Positions 36,875 to 46,209 are shown, counted from the first letter of the stretch. The stretch: 64,000 nt of DNA from a bacterium (GCA_030922375.1 JAVEPB010000049.1:5074-69073); one strand, 5' to 3'. Notes: generated from the letters alone by a model not told the origin. Numbers and translations: made by a program.

Positions 36875-36991
36875 CTCCGCAATAACTGGATCCCTGTCCG
36901 GGTCCGGCGATTTTTCGGGCCGGGTTTCCCGGATGTAATGCCTTGAATTTCTTGAGTATTCGACTTTCCCGGGGATTCAGGATTCATTGCC
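36875..36991. repeat. Composite intergenic repeat (inverted A-terminus plus B module)
   Basis: CTCCGCAATAACTGGATCCC (reverse complement of the A-module end) is joined to GTCCGGGTCCGGCGATTTTTCGGGCCGGGTTTCCCGGATGTAATGCCTTGAATTTCTTGAG... Confidence 0.8.
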
Positions 36992-37015
36992 CCACTACTG
37001 GAGCGGACGAAGGGC

Positions 37016-38434
37016 TTAATTTTTCTTTAGCGTTAGCTGCAAGAGCGTGTCGGCGCGATCTTGTCCGTCGAGGTCGCGGCAGGTCTCGATGATCGCTTCG
37101 AACTGCTCCGCCGGTATCGGGATGCCCGGTATGATATCGCGGATACGGCGCGCCTCCTCGTCAAAATTCCACATGAACTCGCGTCCGGTGGATTGCTTCG
37201 TGTAGCTTTTGCCGTCCTTGGTGTGGATCGTTATCCGCGGGCCGAAGAGCGTCATTCGGTGGGACGGGATGATCGTCACCCGCTTCATGAGCTCCAGCAC
37301 CTCGGGCGGGTCGTCCAGGCCGTCCGGGACGGCCGACACACCCGGGACGGCTCCCATGCTTCGCAGCACGGGGAAGCCGCGTTTCACGGCGCCGTACGCC
37401 GTGTAGTAAGAGGTTCCGCCCACCCTGGTTTCCCCATCTTCTCGCCGGCTCGGGAAAGCGGGGCTGGGATACTGTGTTTCGAGCCAGTTCACCACGGCTT
37501 CGATGCGGTCCACGTCTTGATGATTGATGTCGTTCTCTTCGCAGAGCTTCGCCGTCACATCTACGTGCGCGATGTTGTAGCCAGCGGTCGAGTAGATGCG
37601 GTAGAGCGTCTCGAGGAACATCCACCTCCTGCCCAAATCGGCGGTGATTTTGTCCAGGCTGGCCAGGGTGTCTCCGGTAAAGCTGTAGGTAAGCTGACCC
37701 ATGTTGTTGCCTGCGTAGGCGTGATAGAAACCCGCGTCGCCTTCGAGGAGGGTTTCGCCGCCGATGTGCCCCTCTCTTGCCAGTGAGACCGCGAGCATGG
37801 CGTTGCGCACAGCGGCGCCCTCACGCAGGGAGTGGCCGCCGCTCCGGGGCCCTTCGAGGTTGCCCCCGGCCAGATTCACGCAGAGCGCGATCGCGGCGTT
37901 CACCTGGTCCTCGTTGAAGCGCATGATCTTCGCGGCGGCGATTGCGGAGCCGAAAATGCCGAACACCGGACTGGCGTGGAAGCCGCGCGCCATCACCGTC
38001 GGGATGAAGTCGGCCGCCATCCGCTCCATGACCTCGTAGCCCGCAGCGAGACCTGTGATGAAGTCCTTTCCCGAGACGCACGCTGTTTCCGCGGCGACGA
38101 AGGCGCCCGGGAGGATGCACGTACCGGGATGCGTGAGCATGCGGAAGGTATCCCACTTTCCGCCGGCCTGCATCAATTCCGCGTTCGCATAGGCGGCCCC
38201 GCCCTTTGTCACCTTGGCGCCGTCCACCATGATGGTAGCGCCGTTTTGTACGCCGGTTTCTTCTTCGGCGATTATCTTCATGGCCTGTTGACCGCCCGGT
38301 GACTGAGAGCCAAGGAGTGCGGACGCGAGGTTCTGGAGGGTGACCCCCTTGGCGCGATCGACCACCTCGGGGGGCAGATCTTCATAACCCAGGCCAACCA
38401 CCCAATGCGCTAGCTGCCGACTGAGAGATGTCAT
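37016..38434 (-). CDS. MmgE/PrpD-family protein (2-methylcitrate-dehydratase fold)
   Basis: 472 aa. N-terminus LAHWVVGLGYEDLPPEVVDRAKGVTLQNLASAL, with family-typical length and layout. Confidence 0.9.
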   Translation of the reverse strand: MTSLSRQLAHWVVGLGYEDLPPEVVDRAKGVTLQNLASALLGSQSPGGQQAMKIIAEEETGVQNGATIMVDGAKVTKGGAAYANAELMQAGGKWDTFRMLTHPGTCILPGAFVAAETACVSGKDFITGLAAGYEVMERMAADFIPTVMARGFHASPVFGIFGSAIAAAKIMRFNEDQVNAAIALCVNLAGGNLEGPRSGGHSLREGAAVRNAMLAVSLAREGHIGGETLLEGDAGFYHAYAGNNMGQLTYSFTGDTLASLDKITADLGRRWMFLETLYRIYSTAGYNIAHVDVTAKLCEENDINHQDVDRIEAVVNWLETQYPSPAFPSRREDGETRVGGTSYYTAYGAVKRGFPVLRSMGAVPGVSAVPDGLDDPPEVLELMKRVTIIPSHRMTLFGPRITIHTKDGKSYTKQSTGREFMWNFDEEARRIRDIIPGIPIPAEQFEAIIETCRDLDGQDRADTLLQLTLKKN

Positions 38435-38503
38435 CGATCCCCTTTCGCTGTGTCAAAGGTATTGAGCATTTGTATGGTCCGGTAATTTAGAAATTATTGT
38501 AAT

Positions 38504-39184
38504 TCAACTTCTCTCGACAATTGCCACCACGCGGCACGGCGCGGCGGTGGCCTCCCGGAGGGAAAGCGGCGCGGCGATCATCCGGAAGCGTCGAGGCAGA
38601 TCGGCCACGGCGGGCCAGAGCGCCAGGTTTTCGATGATGTAGAATTCGTGTTCCCTGAGCATCTTGTGGGCGGGCCATTCGATGGGGTCCGTGTCGATTT
38701 CGGGGCCGTCCACCCCGAAGAGCATGACGCCCAGCCCGAGAAGCCAGTTGACCGCCGCCGGGGCAACCGGCCTGACGGACTGGCGATAGTCCGGCATCCC
38801 CCATTTTTTCGAACAACCCGTGTAGATCAGGACGGCGTCGCCGGGGTTCACCGCTTCCCCGGCGGATTGAAGCGCTTCTTCGAGTTCCGGCGCTCCGATT
38901 TCCTCCCCCGGCTCTTTTCCGGAGCAGTCCAGCCAGAGGGCAGGTGTTTCGAGGAAAAGCTCCGGCGGCATTTCGTCTATCGTTTTTCCCCCCGGGAGAA
39001 AATGAGCGGGTGCGTCGATGTGGGTCGCCACATGGTCGCTGAAGGCCAGCATCGATGTCTGGACGAGCTTTGTCTCGGAGAGCAGGCTCCATCCGAGCAC
39101 CGCGCCCCTTCCGAAGGTCTCCGCCTGGGCGAAGGTGGGCTCCTTGGGGATGTTCTGGGATAAATCGACGAGTAGGCGTCCCAT
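38504..39184 (-). CDS. Cyclase-family protein
   Basis: SDHVATHIDAPAHF motif. Length 226 aa. Confidence 0.8.
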   Translation of the reverse strand: MGRLLVDLSQNIPKEPTFAQAETFGRGAVLGWSLLSETKLVQTSMLAFSDHVATHIDAPAHFLPGGKTIDEMPPELFLETPALWLDCSGKEPGEEIGAPELEEALQSAGEAVNPGDAVLIYTGCSKKWGMPDYRQSVRPVAPAAVNWLLGLGVMLFGVDGPEIDTDPIEWPAHKMLREHEFYIIENLALWPAVADLPRRFRMIAAPLSLREATAAPCRVVAIVERS

Positions 39185-39193
39185 GCCTTCTGC

Positions 39194-39943
39194 CTAGTCC
39201 AGAATCGCCATGGCGCGAATCGGCGAGCAGGGCCCGTCCGCCCATTTGAGGGGAAATCCGGCGAACCGGAAGCGGCTCCGCGAAATCTGTCCGAGGTTTC
39301 TCAGGTTTTCCATGTGCATGGAGTAGCGCTTGCGCATGTTGAGATGCGGCAGATCGTAGCCGGGAATCACGTCCACCGTGATTTGATCCATACCGAAGAG
39401 CTTGACCCCGCGGTCGATCATCCAGTCCACCGCCTCGACCCGGAAGGGAACGAAGTTGAAATGATACTCCTTCCGGGGCCAGTGCCGTTCGGCCCCGGTG
39501 CGCATCAAAACGATATCGTCGGGGCGAAGCTCCTCGCCCGCTTGGCCGAGGGCTTCCTCGATGACTTCGGGGGTGATCCAGTCCGTTTCGAGGATTTTTT
39601 TCTCGTACGGGTTGTATTTGATAGGGGCGAGGTGAGTTAGATCGAGAAGCACCGCTTCGCCGTAAAATCGCTCGAGGTCCACTTCCGCTATACGCTCCCC
39701 GAGGGGGTTGAAGTGGTAGGTCGCGTCCACGTGGGTGCCCCCATTGTCGCTCATAACGACAAAACATGTGCGGAACAGTTCTTCCTCGCGACCGTGCGTC
39801 CGCAAATAGGCGCTCGTCTCATAATCCTCCCAATCGGAGACGATGGTCTTGGCGAGGCCGAAGGCGCCGCCCATTTCCACCCAGGCGGGCATTCCGGTTT
39901 CGATGGGATGCGTAAGGTCAATGATCATTCGGTTGAAATCCAT
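39194..39943 (-). CDS. Cyclase-family protein
   Basis: DNGGTHVDATYHF motif. Length 249 aa. It is in tandem with 38504..39184. Confidence 0.8.
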   Translation of the reverse strand: MDFNRMIIDLTHPIETGMPAWVEMGGAFGLAKTIVSDWEDYETSAYLRTHGREEELFRTCFVVMSDNGGTHVDATYHFNPLGERIAEVDLERFYGEAVLLDLTHLAPIKYNPYEKKILETDWITPEVIEEALGQAGEELRPDDIVLMRTGAERHWPRKEYHFNFVPFRVEAVDWMIDRGVKLFGMDQITVDVIPGYDLPHLNMRKRYSMHMENLRNLGQISRSRFRFAGFPLKWADGPCSPIRAMAILD

Positions 39944-40036
39944 GATTTTATGCGGCCGGATTAATGCCGCGAATTATATGCGTAAATTGGCAGAGAATAG
40001 TAGGCAATATATGTTCCTTGGTAACATCATTCAATC

Positions 40037-40057
40037 CGGATAACCGGGAATTATCCG
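40037..40057. promoter_or_regulatory. Inverted repeat CGGATAA-N7-TTATCCG in a divergent promoter region
   Basis: Read directly from the sequence. It lies between the minus-strand cyclase start (39943) and the plus-strand CocE/NonD start (40264). Confidence 0.4.
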
Positions 40058-40263
40058 ATAAGAGCGCGTGAAAGTTGGCGTCTTTTTTCCGGGGCCTGTT
40101 GGGTGCGCTCCTATAAAACAGAGCCCATGTAGATTGACTGGTCTAAGAAGTTGGCTTGGGGGGGACCTGGACAGCGGAAATGTCTGCTGACAATATGATT
40201 CTATCAGGAAATGGCGCAATTATTCGGGTCGGGCCGGCAAAGGCGCAAAAAGTGAGGAGCAAG

Positions 40264-42012
40264 ATGAGCGAATTTAAGAGCGAAATAAGGGACGGGATGC
40301 GGATCGACTGGGACGTGCCGATTGAAATGGACGACGGCGTGACCCTCCGCGGCGATGTTTTCCGGCCCATCGGGGAGGGGGAGTATCCGGCCATCATGTC
40401 CTACGGAATCTACGCCAAGTGGCTCCACTATGCGGACGGTTACCCCTACCAGTGGAAAGTGCTGACCGAGCGCTATCCGGAGGTGACCTCGGGTTCCTCG
40501 TGCAAGTACATGAACTGGGAGGTGGTGGATCCGGAGAGGTGGGTTCCCGACGGATATGCCTGCGTGCGGGTGGACTCGAGGGGCGCCGGCCGCTCCCCGG
40601 GCCTCCTCGATCCCAGGTCTCCCCGCGAGGCCCGGGACTATTACGAATGCATCGAATGGGCAGCGGCCCAGCCCTGGTGCAGCGGCAAGGTGGGCCTGAA
40701 CGGCATTTCCTATTACGCCATGAACCAGTGGCTTGTGGCCTGCCTCCAGCCGCCCCATCTTGCGGCCATGTGCTCGTGGGAGGGCGCGGCCGACCGCTTC
40801 CGGGACGGTGTCCGCCACGGCGGAATCTACTGCACCTTCACCGACGATTGGTACGACAGAACTGTTTTGCCCCGGCAGAACGGCCTGGGGACGCGGGGCT
40901 ACCGGTGCCGCTGGAACGGCGACCTGGTCTCGGGGCCCGAAACCCTCACCGAAGAAGAGCTGGGAGCCAACCGGTCGGATCACCTGGGAGAACTCTTCTC
41001 CCAATCGCTCGACGGCGATTACTGGGAGGTGCGAAGGCCCGATTGGTCCAAGGTCGTGGTGCCTTTTCTCTCCGCGGGCAACTGGGGCGGGCAGGGCCTC
41101 TTCCCCCGCGGGAACATCGAGGCCTTCGAGAGGGCGGCCTCAGAAGAGAAGTGGCTTGAAATGCACGGGCGAGAACACTGGGCCGAGTTCTACACCGACT
41201 ACGGCGTTGGGCTGCAAAAAAAGTTCTTCGGCCATTTCCTGAAGGGCGAGGACACGGGCTGGAAGGATCAGCCCCGGGTTCAGCTGCAGGTGCCCGATAC
41301 GAGCGGGCGGTTCACCGAGCGAACCGAGGATGAGTGGCCGATCGCGCGCACGAAGTGGACGAAATTTTATCTCCATTCCGCCGGCTACGCGCTGGACGCC
41401 GATCCCCCGGCTTACGAGGGCGCCGTCAGCTACGCGGGCCTGGACGAGGGCGTCACCTTCCTTGCCCCGCCGCTCGAGGAGGCGACCGAGATCACCGGCC
41501 CCGCCGCCGCGAAACTATTCGTCTCCTCGGAGACGGAGGACGCCGACCTGTTTCTCGTCCTGCGCGTTTTTACCCCGGACCTCAAGGAGGTGACGTTCCA
41601 GGGGGCGATCGACCCGAACAAGCCGGTCGCCCTGGGGTGGCTGCGCGCCTCGCACCGTAAGCTCGACCAGGAGCGCACCCGGCCTTTTTATCCTTTTCAT
41701 GCCCACGACGAAAAACAGCCCCTCGCGCCGGGCGAGGTGGCCGAGCTCGATGTCGAGTTCTGGCCCCCCTGTGTCGCCGTGCCGCCCGGCCACCGAATCG
41801 GTCTTTCCGTGCGGGGCAGGGATTATGTTTACCCTGGCGGCGTCGGCGGTGATCGTCCGGACATCATGGTTCGGGCGTTCACGGGTGTCGGACCGTTTCG
41901 GCACGACGATCCGAGGGACCGCCCGGCGGACATCTTCGGCGGCAAGGTAACGCTCCACACAGGTCCCAGCCGGGAAGCTTACGTTCTTCTTCCCGTCATC
42001 CCGCCGAAGTAG
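40264..42012 (+). CDS. CocE/NonD-family hydrolase (S15 X-Pro dipeptidyl-peptidase fold)
   Basis: ATG 40264 (GAGGAG upstream). RDGMRIDWDVPIEMDDGVTLRGDVFRP, DGYACVRVDSRGAGRSPG, GISYYAMNQW, and a C-terminal beta-sandwich. Confidence 0.85.
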   Translation: MSEFKSEIRDGMRIDWDVPIEMDDGVTLRGDVFRPIGEGEYPAIMSYGIYAKWLHYADGYPYQWKVLTERYPEVTSGSSCKYMNWEVVDPERWVPDGYACVRVDSRGAGRSPGLLDPRSPREARDYYECIEWAAAQPWCSGKVGLNGISYYAMNQWLVACLQPPHLAAMCSWEGAADRFRDGVRHGGIYCTFTDDWYDRTVLPRQNGLGTRGYRCRWNGDLVSGPETLTEEELGANRSDHLGELFSQSLDGDYWEVRRPDWSKVVVPFLSAGNWGGQGLFPRGNIEAFERAASEEKWLEMHGREHWAEFYTDYGVGLQKKFFGHFLKGEDTGWKDQPRVQLQVPDTSGRFTERTEDEWPIARTKWTKFYLHSAGYALDADPPAYEGAVSYAGLDEGVTFLAPPLEEATEITGPAAAKLFVSSETEDADLFLVLRVFTPDLKEVTFQGAIDPNKPVALGWLRASHRKLDQERTRPFYPFHAHDEKQPLAPGEVAELDVEFWPPCVAVPPGHRIGLSVRGRDYVYPGGVGGDRPDIMVRAFTGVGPFRHDDPRDRPADIFGGKVTLHTGPSREAYVLLPVIPPK

Positions 42013-42278
42013 ACGGCCGGCGAGGGTCGGGCCGGGCAGGTTGTTGTGCTCCGCAAAAAATGGATTCTCTCAATAATGAAAATCTTACGGAGGTCCTGGA
42101 ACTCGCCTGGTTAGCTTTTTGAAGTGGATTTGCTACTATTTTGCTACCCATTCATCGGCGAAAGTGATTTCGGCGCTTGCCGGTTTGTGAGGCCGGGGCT
42201 ATCCGCTGGCCGTCCGGGCGCACCGGGTGCCATGTATCCCCGTGGAAGGGGTATCCGGGCGCTCGGCGAGTATCGAAC

Positions 42279-43550
42279 ATGACCGGGGAAATGATTCCTC
42301 CAGGTAGAATCGAAGGGCCCGGCACCCCCATCAGAGGAGAAGCCGCCTTGACGAACACCTCTACAGAAGAACGAATCCTGTCCTGCATCGAGGAAGACTC
42401 TGTCGTTGGGTTCACTCGCGAGATGGTCCGCCGGCCGAGCATCAACCCGCCCGGCGACTACGACGCCATCGCCGACTATGCCGAAGGCCTCATGCGCGAC
42501 CTCGGCCTAGAGGACATCCAAAGATCGGTCGGGGAGGCCGGAAGACCGAATGTCATCGGAGTGCTCCGGGGGGCGGGGCCGGGACCTGCGTTCTGCCTCT
42601 CTTCGCATATGGATGTGGTCGATCCGGGGGACCTGAACGCCTGGCGCTTTCCTCCCTTCGAGGCCGTGGTCGAGGAGGGTTTTGTCTGGGGCCGGGGCTC
42701 GGCCGACTCCAAGGGCATGCTGGCGGGGATGTTCGAGGCGGTCCGAGCCATCCAGAGCTCCGGGGTCCGGTTGAACGGCGACCTCCACCTCGTGGCCGCT
42801 GTGGACGATGAGACCGCGGGGCGCTACGGGCTCCGCTACCCGTTCGAGAAGAATCTCGTCCCCGCCCGCGCGGCCATCCTCGGCGAGGCTTCAAACTTCA
42901 ATGTTCCCCACGTGTTCAAGGGGCGAATCTGGTTCGAACTGGACGTCATCGGAAAGTCGAGCCACGGCGCCTTCCCGCTGGACGGGGTGAACGCCATCCT
43001 CAAGGCGTGCAGGCTCATTCCCGCGATCTACGACATCCAGCTGGGAGGCCACCCCCGGCTGGGAGACGACACCATCAGCGTGGGGACCATCCAGGGCGGG
43101 AGTGTGGTCAACGTGGGAGCGGAGAAGTGCACGTTCGCGTTCGACATCCGCTGGGCGCCGCCCCTGACCAGCCAGGACATCCGCGCGAAAGTGCTGGAGG
43201 TGGCCGATCGGATTGTGAGCGAGGATGGAGATTTTAGCATCGGTGAGATCCGAGCGAGCGAAGAGCGCGACCCCCTCGAATTCGGCGAGGAAACCCCCCT
43301 CATCCAGGCGATCCGCTCAGCCGTGCGCAAGGTCAGGGGAACCGAGTCCGAGCTCATCGGCTGGTACTCCAGCGGCGAGGTCTTCCACATGCACAAGAAC
43401 GGCAACATCGACGCCGGAACCCTGTTCGGGCCCGGCGAGCCCTGGCAGGCGCACGCCATCAACGAGCGAATCGCCATTCAGGACCTGGTGGACGGCGCGA
43501 GGGTCTACGCGCTGGCCTCGCTGGTGATGTGCGGCGGCGGGGCCGTGTGA
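42279..43550 (+). CDS. M20-family metallohydrolase (ArgE/DapE/ACY1-like)
   Basis: FCLSSHMDVVDPG, WGRGSADSKG, DDETAG and a dimerisation-domain layout. The start is uncertain (ATG 42279 chosen). Confidence 0.85.
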   Translation: MTGEMIPPGRIEGPGTPIRGEAALTNTSTEERILSCIEEDSVVGFTREMVRRPSINPPGDYDAIADYAEGLMRDLGLEDIQRSVGEAGRPNVIGVLRGAGPGPAFCLSSHMDVVDPGDLNAWRFPPFEAVVEEGFVWGRGSADSKGMLAGMFEAVRAIQSSGVRLNGDLHLVAAVDDETAGRYGLRYPFEKNLVPARAAILGEASNFNVPHVFKGRIWFELDVIGKSSHGAFPLDGVNAILKACRLIPAIYDIQLGGHPRLGDDTISVGTIQGGSVVNVGAEKCTFAFDIRWAPPLTSQDIRAKVLEVADRIVSEDGDFSIGEIRASEERDPLEFGEETPLIQAIRSAVRKVRGTESELIGWYSSGEVFHMHKNGNIDAGTLFGPGEPWQAHAINERIAIQDLVDGARVYALASLVMCGGGAV

Positions 43551-43637
43551 GCCGCCTGCCGGCGTTACCCTCTCAGCCAGACGGAAAAAACCCGTCTCTT
43601 TGCCGATCGGTGAAGAAGAGCTTCAGGATGAGCTTTC

Positions 43638-43661
43638 CATGACGAATTACTAATTATTGCC
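43638..43661. repeat. PAL family, partial copy P5
   Basis: CATGACGAATTACTAATTATTGCC compared with P3 CATGGCGAATTACTAATTCACCC. Confidence 0.5.
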
Positions 43662-43773
43662 AGATAGAGGGGTATTTCCGTAATGTCGGGTGAGAAGAGT
43701 ACCCCTGTTTCGCCAGCAGGATACTGAGAATCCCCCCCCGCCATTTTCTGGTGCGGCATAACTCGAGGTTCGG

Positions 43774-44601
43774 ATGTCCTCCATCGAGGAGCGTATTCCC
43801 GCGATCCAGTGGGTCGAAAGAGAGAACCGCCGGTTTATCACCATCTTGCGCAACCTGGACGAGGGGGGGTGGCGTTGTCCGAGCTATTGCCCTGTCTGGT
43901 CAGCGGCGGATGTCGTTGCCCATATGACACTCGGGGCCCGGTTTTACGCGCACGTGATACCGGCGGGGAGGGAGGGGCGGTTCGAGATGCCCTTTGGGGC
44001 GAAGGATTTGAAGAGCTTCTGGGCCTACAGGGATCGGGTGGGCGCCGCGCTTGCTTCCCTGCCCGGTGGCGAGCGGGTAGACCGTTTCGAGGAGGCGATC
44101 TGGAATCTTCAGGGGGTGTTCGAAGCGATCCGCCCCGAAGATATGGAAAAGGAAGCCTGGCACTGGATGTGCCCGTGCCCGGTGCACTCCTACCCCGGAC
44201 AGCGGCTCTATGAACTAATTCTCCACGATTGGGACATCCGGAACGATCCGGAGGGCGAACTCCATCCCGATGCGCTGGGTGCGGCGGTCGATATCCTCGA
44301 CTTCCGGCTGCCCTTTTTCTTCAACCGTGCCCCGGACCCGGGGCTGACGGGGTCCTTTCGGTTCGAGACGGCTGGCCCCGCCCGAAGCTGGGCGATGCGG
44401 GCCGAGGCGGGGAGCGCGCGGCCGGTTTCTCCCGAGGAAGGGCCGTTCGACGCGGAGATATTCGCATCCGCCAGCGATATTGTCCTGCTGACGACCGGCC
44501 GGGCCGATTTGGCTGCGAAAAAAGCGGGTGGCCGCCTCCGGACCGAAGGAGACTCCGGGTTGGCCGGCGCCCTGCTCGGGACTCTTTGCCGGCCTTTTTG
44601 A
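43774..44601 (+). CDS. DinB-like / maleylpyruvate-isomerase N-terminal domain protein
   Basis: CPSYCPVWSAADVVAHMTLG matches the metal-binding His helix pattern of that superfamily. Length 275 aa. Confidence 0.6.
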   Translation: MSSIEERIPAIQWVERENRRFITILRNLDEGGWRCPSYCPVWSAADVVAHMTLGARFYAHVIPAGREGRFEMPFGAKDLKSFWAYRDRVGAALASLPGGERVDRFEEAIWNLQGVFEAIRPEDMEKEAWHWMCPCPVHSYPGQRLYELILHDWDIRNDPEGELHPDALGAAVDILDFRLPFFFNRAPDPGLTGSFRFETAGPARSWAMRAEAGSARPVSPEEGPFDAEIFASASDIVLLTTGRADLAAKKAGGRLRTEGDSGLAGALLGTLCRPF

Positions 44602-44640
44602 GCCTGCCACTGAAACCGGGCTGCCCGCCCTGTCCTGATG

Positions 44641-44727
44641 CACGATCGAGTTATCAATTTCTTTTGGACATGATTTTTATCGGATTTCAAAACATTGAAA
44701 TATTTTGGGGATCTCATTATTGCGGAG
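44641..44727 (+). repeat. Intergenic repeat, A-module copy B
   Basis: CACGATCGAGTTATCAATTTC...CGGATTTCAAAACATTGAAATATTTTGGGGATCTCATTATTGCGGAG. Confidence 0.8.
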
Positions 44728-44930
44728 GACAGGAAAGACGCCCTCGGGTTGGGTTTTTTAAAGGAGGAGGTGTCTCGCATGAAGTTTTCCGCTAGACTTG
44801 GGGGGGTTCAACACGGGAAACATAGCCAGATTTGTGAATGCTCGGTGCGGAATCAGGGTACGGGCCTCGATTGCCGCGTAATTCCGGATTGTGATTTGTT
44901 CGGATACCAGGACAGGACGGGAGTTCGACA

Positions 44931-45869
44931 ATGACAAACGCGGAACGGTACCGCCACCTGGCCGCCTGTGTGGTTCCTTTCACGGAGAGCGGTGATATCG
45001 ATCGGGAAGGCCTCGAAGCCCAGGTCGCCGAATTGGCCGAGACCGGTCTCATGAACGGATTTGTCGTGAACGCCCACGCCGGCGAGGGGGACAGCCTCAC
45101 CTACGAAGAGCGAATGCAGGTCGTTGAAATCGTTGCCCGGACCGCCAAGCCGCACGACCTCCTCACCGTCGCGGGAATTTCTCCATACCCGGACACGACC
45201 GATGGCGCCATCCGCGTATCCCGCGACTCGCTGGAGCGCGGGGCGGACGCTTCCTTGATGATGGCTCCCTGCTGGTTCTCGTGGGGGATCGACGGGCCGC
45301 TCGTGCGGAGGTTCTGCGAGGAGGTTCTGGAGGCCGTGGATCTTCCCATGCTCTTTTTCGTGATGGGCGCTTATTCGGGAGTGAATTACACGACCGATGT
45401 CGTTCGCGAGATCTGCCGGGTGCCGGGCGTGGTGGGCGTGAAGGATACGACCTGGGCCACCGCCAGCTTCGAGAACAATCTTCACGGCATCCGGGAGCTG
45501 GATCGGGACGTGGCCGTCCTGACGGGAAACGACACCCTTCTTTTCTACAACTTCCTGGCCGGCGCGGACGGCACCCTTCTCATATTCCACACCCTTTGCC
45601 CCGATCTCATCGTGGGGATGTTCAATGCGGTGAAAGAGGGGGATATATCCGCCGCAAAGGCGCTCCACGAAAAAGTGGACTGTCTGGCCCGCGTCCTTTT
45701 CGAGCCGCCCATGATCAACATGGTGCCGAGGATGAAGGCCGCCCTTTATCTGTCCGGAAAGCTTCCTTCGATGGCGGTGCGGGCCCCCCTGCAGGTTCCC
45801 GGCGAGGAAACTTTGGGGCGCATCCGGAAGGCGCTTGAATTCGCCGAGATCGAGATCAAGAACACCTGA
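44931..45869 (+). CDS. Dihydrodipicolinate synthase / N-acetylneuraminate lyase family (class I aldolase)
   Basis: VVPFTESGDIDREGLEAQVAEL...GFVVNAHAGEGDSLTYEER and VVGVKDT (the Schiff-base Lys region). Confidence 0.85.
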   Translation: MTNAERYRHLAACVVPFTESGDIDREGLEAQVAELAETGLMNGFVVNAHAGEGDSLTYEERMQVVEIVARTAKPHDLLTVAGISPYPDTTDGAIRVSRDSLERGADASLMMAPCWFSWGIDGPLVRRFCEEVLEAVDLPMLFFVMGAYSGVNYTTDVVREICRVPGVVGVKDTTWATASFENNLHGIRELDRDVAVLTGNDTLLFYNFLAGADGTLLIFHTLCPDLIVGMFNAVKEGDISAAKALHEKVDCLARVLFEPPMINMVPRMKAALYLSGKLPSMAVRAPLQVPGEETLGRIRKALEFAEIEIKNT

Positions 45870-45890
45870 CCGCCCGCGCGGTATACAGGG

Positions 45891-45927
45891 TATGCACGGC
45901 GAGTTACTGGTTCGCCATGCACAGGTT
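45891..45927. repeat. PAL family copy P2 (37-nt palindromic element)
   Basis: TATGCACGGCGAGTTACTGGTTCGCCATGCACAGGTT. The arms TGCACGGCGA and TCGCCATGCA pair with one mismatch. It starts 22 nt after the stop codon. Confidence 0.7.
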
Positions 45928-46017
45928 AAGAAGTAGCCCTGGTGGAGACATGCCAAGGCTGAATCCCGGCAATGGTCATCATCAAAACGATATTTCCAGC
46001 TCCCTCCTGTTCAAATA

Positions 46018-46104
46018 CACAATCGAGTCCTGAATTTCCGCTTGAACGGGATTTTTGTCGGATTTTAAAAGCGCTGGATTTTCAGGGGATCCGATTTTTG
46101 CAGG
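46018..46104 (+). repeat. Intergenic repeat, A-module copy C
   Basis: CACAATCGAGTCCTGAATTTCCGC...CGGATTTTAAAAGCGCTGGATTTTCAGGGGATCCGATTTTTGCAGG. Confidence 0.8.
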
Positions 46105-46209
46105 GCGCAATGGAGCAATTAAAGGGAGTGATATAATTTCGGAACCCTCAAATAAGATCGAACTCAACTTGACGATTCTGGCTTGGCAGTTCCAGAAGGA
46201 GAAAAAGCG

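Noticed and set aside
35956-36991. Gene bracketed by inverted repeats could be an integron cassette with attC
   Set aside because: There is no intI gene. I found no RYYYAAC/GTTRRRY core sites. The repeats occur in both orientations and also upstream of genes on both strands. A REP/MITE-like mosaic fits better.
39184-39196. The two tandem cyclase ORFs are in the same frame and separated by 9 nt plus one stop. I considered stop-codon read-through or recoding.
   Set aside because: The stop is TAG, not TGA. Each ORF is a complete cyclase-family protein with its own start, and no Pyl machinery or SECIS-like context is evident. The same check at 61493 (TAA) and 62968 (TAG) was also negative.
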